DNA from: an uncultured virus (IMG/VR IMGVR_UViG_647533234_000003)
Taxonomy: Duplodnaviria > Heunggongvirae > Uroviricota > Caudoviricetes
Virus record (IMG/VR): IMGVR_UViG_647533234_000003
DNA: 64,000 nucleotides
Direction: 5' to 3' (one strand)
Positions within the stretch are counted from its first letter, which is position 1. Every line of letters begins with the position of its first letter. The notes below the pieces were generated by a model that saw nothing but the letters and a program-made list of their open reading frames with translations, was not told where the DNA came from and did no database searches. The translations under genes and the position numbers were made by a program. Below are positions 39,565-46,281 of the stretch, in pieces.

Positions 39565-40287
39565 TCACGATTCGTCGGCCGTGCAGGGGGTGAGCCACTG
39601 GATGTAGACGGCCGCGCTGTCCGGGACATCGACGGTGAGTCCGCACAGCTCGCCCGGCACGCAGGAGGAGCCCGGGGCGGACCAGGAGAACGCCCCGCAC
39701 TCGTTGACCACCGTCCGGCTGCCTGCGCAGTCGGTGATGGTGACCGGCGCGCACACCACCGTGAGATGGACGGACTCGGTGCCCTCCGGCGCGGTCCACG
39801 TCTCGGGACCCGTGATCCCCAGGAGGTGGGGGCACATCGGGACCGGAACACACTCCGGGCACTCGCCGACCTCGCCCGTGGGCGTGTACGAGGTCGTCCC
39901 GTCGGTGGCCGTGTCGGTGGTCGAGGTGACCGCGCCGTCGCAGTCGTGCACCAGGTGCCGCAGGAACCGGACCTGCGTCCCGTCAGGCTGGACGTCGCAC
40001 AGCTCGACGACGGCGACGCTGCCGCACCCGCCGGCCTGCGCGCACGGCCCCGACCCGGCGGGCGCCGGGCCCGGCGTGAACGCGCCGATGGTCGGGTCGA
40101 TCCACCCGATGACCTCGGGGTCCCCGGGCGGGGTGCTGCCGCACACGCACGGCGAGCGCACCATCAGCAGAACCGGGCTGCCGTCGGCCTGGCACAGCGA
40201 CGTCGACGTGACGGACGGCGAGCAGCACGACTCCCCGCCCGGCGGATTGCCGCCGCCCGAGGAGCACGGGAGGTACTGAACCGGCAT
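39565..40287 (-). CDS. Cys-rich protein carrying one copy of the same module
   Basis: VELCDVQPDG..RFLRH...TDTATDGTTSY.P.GEVGEC. Confidence 0.75.
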   Translation of the reverse strand: MPVQYLPCSSGGGNPPGGESCCSPSVTSTSLCQADGSPVLLMVRSPCVCGSTPPGDPEVIGWIDPTIGAFTPGPAPAGSGPCAQAGGCGSVAVVELCDVQPDGTQVRFLRHLVHDCDGAVTSTTDTATDGTTSYTPTGEVGECPECVPVPMCPHLLGITGPETWTAPEGTESVHLTVVCAPVTITDCAGSRTVVNECGAFSWSAPGSSCVPGELCGLTVDVPDSAAVYIQWLTPCTADES

Positions 40288-40293
40288 GACCCC

Positions 40294-40761
40294 TCACCTC
40301 CCCTGCGGGCCGTGGACCTGGCGGTGGTGGGTGTCCCGGCCGCGAGCGGTCGTGAACTCGCGGTCGCAGCCGTCGCAGGGGAACACCCCTTCTGGGGTCT
40401 CGGCGGCCGAGTCGCTTGGGTCGCTGTCCTCGGAGGCGTCGGGCAGCGGGGTCGAGTCCGGGCCGTACGCTTCGGCGGGCACCTCGGGCAGCAGCTCGCA
40501 GGGCACGGCCTCGCGGAAGCCGTCCGGGCTGGCGACGCCGACCAGTTCGGGCCTGCTCACGGTGCACTCGTCGGGCGAAACGTAGCGCTGACCGTCGACG
40601 ACGGAGCCGATCAGGATCTCCTCGGGCGCCTCGGTGAACAACGCGGTCGGCACCGCGAACGAAGTCGGCGACGCCGTACGCACCTTCGGCCGCTGAGCGA
40701 CCGCCCACCGCGCGAAGTCCCGCCGCAGCTTCGGCGCGGGACGAACGATCAGCATGGTCAT
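40294..40761 (-). CDS. hypothetical protein with C-terminal C2H2 zinc finger
   Basis: FPCDGCDREF...HHRQVH. Confidence 0.65.
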   Translation of the reverse strand: MTMLIVRPAPKLRRDFARWAVAQRPKVRTASPTSFAVPTALFTEAPEEILIGSVVDGQRYVSPDECTVSRPELVGVASPDGFREAVPCELLPEVPAEAYGPDSTPLPDASEDSDPSDSAAETPEGVFPCDGCDREFTTARGRDTHHRQVHGPQGR

Positions 40762-41606
40762 GCCGGACACGCCTCCACGTTGATGGCGAAGACCTGACAG
40801 GTCGTCCCGACGACCGCCGTCCGCTCCGCGAGAACCTTCAGATCGTTGACGCGGTAGTTCACCGCTGGCCCCGCCCGGTCCGGCACCACATCGACCGGGC
40901 CGAGACGCACCTCGACGGGCCCCGAGATGTACAGCCACGCCGTCCCCGGAGCCGCCGGAGCACCGTCCGGGCCGGAGTTCGCCGCTGAATACCCCGCGCC
41001 GATCACCGCACGGTTCCCCGCCAGCGTGCGAGGGCAGTCCGTCGCGGTGTCCTGCCGCAGCACCTGGCAGCAGCCAAGCAGCGCCGCTACCCCGGTCGGC
41101 ACGTGAAGGAGACCCTGCCCGCCGTACGTCTCCGCGAGCGCACCCTCCAGCGCAGCCACGCCCTGCGCGACGCTGACCGGCCCTGCGGGCGACGTCAGGT
41201 CCACCGCGCGCGGCGCGAGCGTCTCCCGCCAGAAGCCTTCCTCGATCGCCCGCTGCTGCCCCAGCTCCAGCGTCGCGAGGACCTGCTCCCGCGCCTCCGC
41301 GTACGACCACCCGATCGTGCTGCACTCCGCGCCCGAGTAGATCGTGATCGGAGACGCGTGCTCCACCGTGGGGCGGCAGAACTCCTTCTCCACCGGCCCA
41401 GCGCCCGGGGACTCGTCCTCATCAGGGCACGAGTCCGGCCACACCTGCACGGGACAGCACCCGAGGGCGAGCCACTCCACGCCCATCAACTCGTGGATAT
41501 CCGCCTCGGACACCTCGATCACCGAAGCGCAGTCGCTGAGGATTCCGTACGGGAGCGGCCTTCCCGGGATGGACTCCACCCGCCGCCGCATACCAGCCGA
41601 AGGCAT
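40758..41606 (-). CDS. capsid-associated protein (possible minor capsid)
   Basis: Follows MCP; Cys-rich; VIGAGY, WLYISGPV, AERT. Confidence 0.6.
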   Translation of the reverse strand: MPSAGMRRRVESIPGRPLPYGILSDCASVIEVSEADIHELMGVEWLALGCCPVQVWPDSCPDEDESPGAGPVEKEFCRPTVEHASPITIYSGAECSTIGWSYAEAREQVLATLELGQQRAIEEGFWRETLAPRAVDLTSPAGPVSVAQGVAALEGALAETYGGQGLLHVPTGVAALLGCCQVLRQDTATDCPRTLAGNRAVIGAGYSAANSGPDGAPAAPGTAWLYISGPVEVRLGPVDVVPDRAGPAVNYRVNDLKVLAERTAVVGTTCQVFAINVEACPA

Positions 41607-41730
41607 GTCAATTCACCCCCGCAGGGCGGAACCGGCATGCAGAGGTGGCGCGTTGTACAGGGAGAGTGGGCCGACGGCGCTCCACACGCCGCCGACCCCG
41701 ACCGACCCTTGCAGCAGAAGGAGTCCGGCC

Positions 41731-42558
41731 GTGGCCGACGCTACCTGTTCCGTCATCGAGAACGGAACGCCCTGTCCCCGACCCGCCATCGCGCGCGGCT
41801 GGTGCAACAAGCACTACGTCCGCTGGCAGCGCACTGGTGATCCCTTGATCGTTCGCGCCCGAAAGGCCGCCGACCGGCCGTGCAGCGTTGATGACTGCGC
41901 AGACCGGGCGATCGGCCGAGGTCTCTGCCGCCGCCACTACATGCGCATGTACACGCGAGGCACACTCGACCTCACCCGTCGACAGTTCACCTACACGGAC
42001 GATACGGAGGCGGACTTCTGGCGCCTGGTCGACAAGTCGGCTGGCGCGGACGGATGCTGGCTGTGGCTGGGCACGCTGACCGTCCAGGGCTACGGCTCCT
42101 GGCTTCACGCCCCGGCGCACCGCATCTCCTACAGGTACGAAGTCGGCGAGGTCCCCAAGGGGTTGGTCCTTGACCACGTTTGCCATGACCCGAAGGACTG
42201 CCCGCGAGGCGCCCCATGCCCTCACCGACGTTGCGTGAACCCCGCGCATCTCAAGCCGGTCACGCACGCTGAGAACGTCAGCAGTCAGCGGTCCCGAGGA
42301 GGGCGCCCCTCGAACGACGTCTGCTCCGTGGAGGGGTGCGGCAACCCCTACGTCGCCCGCGGCCTGTGCTCGAAGCACTGGCAGGCGGCGCGCCGAATGT
42401 CGAAGCAGCCGATGACGACGTGCAGCAACGGGCATCCCCTGGCTGGGCCAGACGCCGATGTGCGCGTCGACGGGCGAGGCCACCGGATCTGTCGGCACTG
42501 CAAGCGGCTCGCCGCCGCCAGGCGGAAGGCTGCCGCCGCAGCAAACGGCGAAGGGTAG
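41731..42558 (+). CDS. free-standing HNH homing endonuclease
   Basis: RBS plus GTG; FWRLVDK...CWLW, AHRISY, LDHVC...CVNPAHL..VT..EN; repeated CxxxxC...ARGxCxxH fingers. Confidence 0.9.
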   Translation: MADATCSVIENGTPCPRPAIARGWCNKHYVRWQRTGDPLIVRARKAADRPCSVDDCADRAIGRGLCRRHYMRMYTRGTLDLTRRQFTYTDDTEADFWRLVDKSAGADGCWLWLGTLTVQGYGSWLHAPAHRISYRYEVGEVPKGLVLDHVCHDPKDCPRGAPCPHRRCVNPAHLKPVTHAENVSSQRSRGGRPSNDVCSVEGCGNPYVARGLCSKHWQAARRMSKQPMTTCSNGHPLAGPDADVRVDGRGHRICRHCKRLAAARRKAAAAANGEG

Positions 42559-42589
42559 ACGGAGCACCCCGGCCCCCATTTCTGTCCGT

Positions 42590-42623
42590 GCGGTCCCGCC
42601 CCAACCGGGGCGGGACCGCTTTT
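42590..42623. terminator. stem-loop terminator between convergent HNH and MCP
   Basis: GCGGTCCCGCCCC-AACC-GGGGCGGGACCGC-TTTT. Confidence 0.75.
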
Positions 42624-42631
42624 GCGTGGGG

Positions 42632-44236
42632 TCAGGCAACGGGGCAGGTGACGCCGATCTGCTCGGCGGTGCGTCCGTCCGCGCAGACGGGGACGGTCAC
42701 GATGCGAGCTTCCTGGTTGCGCGCTACAAGCGCACTGCACTCCTCGGTGAAAAGCGCAGTGTAATCGTTCACAGAGAACTTGCTTGAATCGTGAATTACA
42801 CCCAGGCTGATCTCCCCGCCGCGCCCGGCTTCGAAGGTGCCGGCGGGGTAGATGAGGAAGGGGACGGTCTCGGGCCAGGTGGCGGCGGGGTCGGCGCCGC
42901 CGATGTTGTCGGGGACGGCGGGGTTGAGGCCGCGGGCCCACTGGACGCTGACGCCGATCTGGGCGAAGGCGGCGATGATGCGGTTGATGTCGATGTCTTC
43001 GACGCTGACGCCGTTGCGGCGGGCGATGTCGGCGAGGAAGAGGTTCTTCGACCACCAGGGGAAGACGACTTCGATGTTGATGCTCTCGCAGAGGCTGAGC
43101 TTCTCGGTCATGTCGGCGGCCTGGAGGGCGACGGCGGCGAAGAGGGCGGAGAAGGCGCCGAAGGTCGGGGCGATGGTGACGGGGGTGGACCGGGCGAGGG
43201 CCTGGGTGAAGAGTTCCTGCTTGATGCGGATCTCGTGGGCGATCATGCCGAGCTTCTGGTAGTGCTCGACGAGTTCGGGGAAGTGGCGCTGCGTCAGGAT
43301 GCCGGACTCCAGGCAGATCCCGATGGCGTCGCATCGGACCTCGATCGGCTCGGGGCAGGGGATGCGGAAGCAGGGCTTCTGCGCGCCGCTGATGTCGTCG
43401 GCCTCGGTGTGGACCCAGGTCATGCTGCCGACGTCGAGGCTCGGCATGGGGAAGAAGCGGAGGCCGCCTCGGGCGAGCTGGATCTCGGGGACGTCCCAGA
43501 GCATCTCGGGGCACGCCATGCTGGTCAGCTCGTAGACGGTTTCGGACGGGGCGCACCAGCCGCCGGAGGCGACGATGTTGCCGCCCTGGAGGCGGGCCTG
43601 GTCGGCGGCGAGGAGGACGGCGCGGGTGCCTTCGGTGCCGGAGGAGCTGTCGTTCACGATCAGCTCCTTCTGGAACGGAAGTCGGTAGCTGGCGGTCAGG
43701 CCCACGCCGCCACCTGCGGTCTTCAGGGCGTTGGCGCGGCGGATGAGTCCTTCGGTGACGCCTTCCATGTCGAGGGCCTGGCCGGGGGAGTAGCCGGGGA
43801 CGTCGACGGAGGCGGTGATCTCCGGCCGGGGGTTGGGGTCGGCGGGGAGGACGGAGGGCTGGCGGCGGCGGATGCCGGAGAGGTCGATGGTGCGGCGTGG
43901 GGTGGCCGAGGCGGTGACCGGCTCGGGCTCGGGTTCCGGATCAGGGGTGGGCTCCGGCTCCGGCTCCGTGTCGGCTTCGGGCTTGTCGCCTCGGACCTGG
44001 GCGGCGAGGGCGTCGATCTCGTCGGCGGCCTTCTGTGCCGCTTCGACGCGGGCGGCCTTCTCCTGGCGGATGCTGTCGACGGCGGTCGCGAGGGCGCGGA
44101 GCTGGGCGAGGTCTTCGGGGGCGAGGGTGTCGCCCTTGCTGAGGGTGTCGAATGCCTGGACTGCGCCGTCGAGGGTGGCGTCGAGTTCGTCGGCGCTGAG
44201 CTGGGTGATGTCCTCGGGCAGTTCGAAGTCGGCCAT
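42632..44236 (-). CDS. major capsid protein with N-terminal scaffold-like coiled coil
   Basis: Strong codon bias; IVASGGWCAPSETVY, RGG, NDYTALFTEE; position in head module. Confidence 0.85.
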   Translation of the reverse strand: MADFELPEDITQLSADELDATLDGAVQAFDTLSKGDTLAPEDLAQLRALATAVDSIRQEKAARVEAAQKAADEIDALAAQVRGDKPEADTEPEPEPTPDPEPEPEPVTASATPRRTIDLSGIRRRQPSVLPADPNPRPEITASVDVPGYSPGQALDMEGVTEGLIRRANALKTAGGGVGLTASYRLPFQKELIVNDSSSGTEGTRAVLLAADQARLQGGNIVASGGWCAPSETVYELTSMACPEMLWDVPEIQLARGGLRFFPMPSLDVGSMTWVHTEADDISGAQKPCFRIPCPEPIEVRCDAIGICLESGILTQRHFPELVEHYQKLGMIAHEIRIKQELFTQALARSTPVTIAPTFGAFSALFAAVALQAADMTEKLSLCESINIEVVFPWWSKNLFLADIARRNGVSVEDIDINRIIAAFAQIGVSVQWARGLNPAVPDNIGGADPAATWPETVPFLIYPAGTFEAGRGGEISLGVIHDSSKFSVNDYTALFTEECSALVARNQEARIVTVPVCADGRTAEQIGVTCPVA

Positions 44237-44262
44237 GCCGAGTCTCCTGAGAATTCAAGGAG

Positions 44263-44279
44263 ACTCGGCCCGAAACCAG
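44263..44279 (-). promoter_or_regulatory. late-gene leader motif copy 8
   Basis: CTGGTTTCGGGCCGAGT, 27 nt upstream of MCP ATG. Confidence 0.7.
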
Positions 44280-44349
44280 ATCAGTCGTCGTGTGTGCTGC
44301 CGCCGATGTTAGCGGCTGGGTGATGCTGGCGCGGTGAGGAGGAAGCGTC

Positions 44350-45759
44350 TCAGCTGTCGTGGTGCGGTCCGGTGGTGAGCCGGTCCAGGACGGCGGGGCC
44401 GAGGTCCGTGACGTCGCCCGCTCCCATGGTGAGAACGAGATCACCGGGCTTCGCCATTCCCGCGACGGCCTCCGCGACCTCGTCCTTCGCGTGCAGCGGG
44501 CTCACGTCGGCGCCCGCCGCGCGCCCGGCGGCGATGATCAGCTCGCTCGTGACGCCCTCGATGGGGTCCTCGCGGGCCGGGTAGATGTCCAGGACGAGCG
44601 AGGAGTCGGCGAGCGCGAGGGCCTGGCCCATCTCCTTGCCCAGCTCCTGCGTGCGCGAGAACAGGTGCGGCTGGAAGACGACGAGGATGCGCCCCTCGAC
44701 GGCGCCGCGCATCGCCTCCAGGTCGGCGGCCATCTCGGTCGGGTGGTGCGCGTACGAGTCCACGACCTGCACGCCCGCAGCCTCGCCCTTGAGCTGGAGG
44801 CGCCGCTTCACGCCCGTGTAGCTGCGGAGCGCGGAGGCGAGGTTGTGCAGCGGGACGCCGAGCGAGACGCCCGCGACGAGCGCCGCGACCGCGTTGTGCG
44901 CGTAGTGACTGCCCGGCACGGACACCGTGAACGTGAGCAGCTTGCCGTTCAGCGAGACCGTGACCTCGCTCGTCAGCCCGCGCGGGGTGACCTTGTGCAC
45001 CCGTACGTCCGCGTCCTCGGCGGAGCCGTAGGTGAGCACGCGCAGGTCCGCCCGGTCCCGCACGCGGCGGGTCAGCTCGCGGGCGCCCTCGTGGTCGGCG
45101 GAGATCACCAGCGTGCCGCCGGGGACGATCTTGCCGACGAAGGTCTCGAAGGACTCGTAGATCTCCTCGATCGACGCGTAGTTGGCGTGGTGGTCGAGTT
45201 CGACGTTGAGGACGACGGCGACCTCGGGCGCGTACGTGTGGAAGCTGCGGTCGCTCTCGTCGGCCTCGGCGACGAAGATCTCGCCCGTGCCGTGGTGGGC
45301 GTTGGAGCCGGGTGCGTCGAGGTCGCCGCCGATCGCGTACGAGGGGTCGAGGCCGAGCGTCGTGAGGGACACCGCGAGCATCGAGGTCGTCGTCGTCTTG
45401 CCGTGCGTGCCCGCGATCGCGAGGGGGCGCGTGCCGGCCATGAGGGCGGCGAGGGCGTCGGAGCGGTGCACGACGGGGATGCCGCGTTCCCGGGCGCGCA
45501 CCAGCTCGGGGTTGTCGGCGCGGATCGCGGAGGAGACGACGACGGCGGAGGTGTCCTCGGCGAGGTGGGCCGCGTCGTGGCCGATGTGGACGGTGGCGCC
45601 GAGGGCGCGCAGCGAGGCGGCGGTGGCCGAGTCCTTCGCGTCACTGCCCGCGACGCTCGCCCCGCGCTGGGCGAGAATCCGGGCGATGCCCGACATCCCG
45701 GCCCCACCGATGCCGATGAAGTGCGGTCGGTCGAGGGCGGGGGGAAGGCCGGCTGCCAT
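44350..45759 (-). CDS. murC: UDP-N-acetylmuramate--L-alanine ligase
   Basis: HFIGIGGAGMSG, SSAI, GTHGKTTT, EADESD, GVKRR, DSYAHHPTE, FQPH, MGAGD; full length. Confidence 0.97.
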   Translation of the reverse strand: MAAGLPPALDRPHFIGIGGAGMSGIARILAQRGASVAGSDAKDSATAASLRALGATVHIGHDAAHLAEDTSAVVVSSAIRADNPELVRARERGIPVVHRSDALAALMAGTRPLAIAGTHGKTTTTSMLAVSLTTLGLDPSYAIGGDLDAPGSNAHHGTGEIFVAEADESDRSFHTYAPEVAVVLNVELDHHANYASIEEIYESFETFVGKIVPGGTLVISADHEGARELTRRVRDRADLRVLTYGSAEDADVRVHKVTPRGLTSEVTVSLNGKLLTFTVSVPGSHYAHNAVAALVAGVSLGVPLHNLASALRSYTGVKRRLQLKGEAAGVQVVDSYAHHPTEMAADLEAMRGAVEGRILVVFQPHLFSRTQELGKEMGQALALADSSLVLDIYPAREDPIEGVTSELIIAAGRAAGADVSPLHAKDEVAEAVAGMAKPGDLVLTMGAGDVTDLGPAVLDRLTTGPHHDS

Positions 45760-45798
45760 CTGGTGCGTCTCCAGGGAGTGGGGGCTGGGGCGCTTGGA

Positions 45799-46032
45799 TC
45801 ACTGAGGGCCCCGGTCAAACTGATCATAGCGATCCCAGGGGCGAGGACGCGGGGAGCGGCGGGCAGGTTCGGCCGCGCACGGGGCGCGGTGCGCGTGGGC
45901 GCGCTGCCTGGGCGCCGCCGCACTTCCCAGCGCGTCAGTCCAGCAGCCTCGGACGCGGTTGAGGTGTTGCTCGGCGACGCGTTCGGCGAAGCGCAGCAGC
46001 TCGATGCGCGGCACGCCATCCGATTCGCTCAC
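45799..46032 (-). pseudogene. apparently truncated small gene (DUF6233-like N-terminus) fused to murC upstream DNA
   Basis: First ~29 aa plausible (RIELLRFAERVAEQHLNRVRG), remainder non-coding-like. Confidence 0.35.
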
Positions 46033-46119
46033 GCGTTCGATACTAGAGGGTGGGGTGCGAAAGGGGTGGGGTGCCCCCGGCCAGGCCGGAGCCCATCGGC
46101 TGGCCGGGAGCGCCTCGGC

Positions 46120-46281
46120 TCAGGACGCCTTCGCTCCGGATTTCGCCTGCTCGCGCACCACGGAGCCCGGGTACCGCTTCGAGACGGCCTTTGCCGTCGG
46201 CTCGGACGTCGAGGAGTAGACGACCTTGTCGGACGCGACGACCTCGAAGGTCTTGCGGTTCTTCGCACAGGAGCAGGGCAT
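46120..46281 (-). CDS. small protein MPCSCAKNRK... (53 aa; not in ORF track)
   Basis: TGATG coupling with polyprotein stop; AAGGAA RBS; open to TGA at 46120. Confidence 0.7.
   Translation of the reverse strand: MPCSCAKNRKTFEVVASDKVVYSSTSEPTAKAVSKRYPGSVVREQAKSGAKAS

Noticed and set aside
18076..44279. Repeated 17-mer as CRISPR repeats or REP elements
   Set aside because: Copies are dispersed by kilobases, lack spacers and cas genes, and always sit 5' of genes
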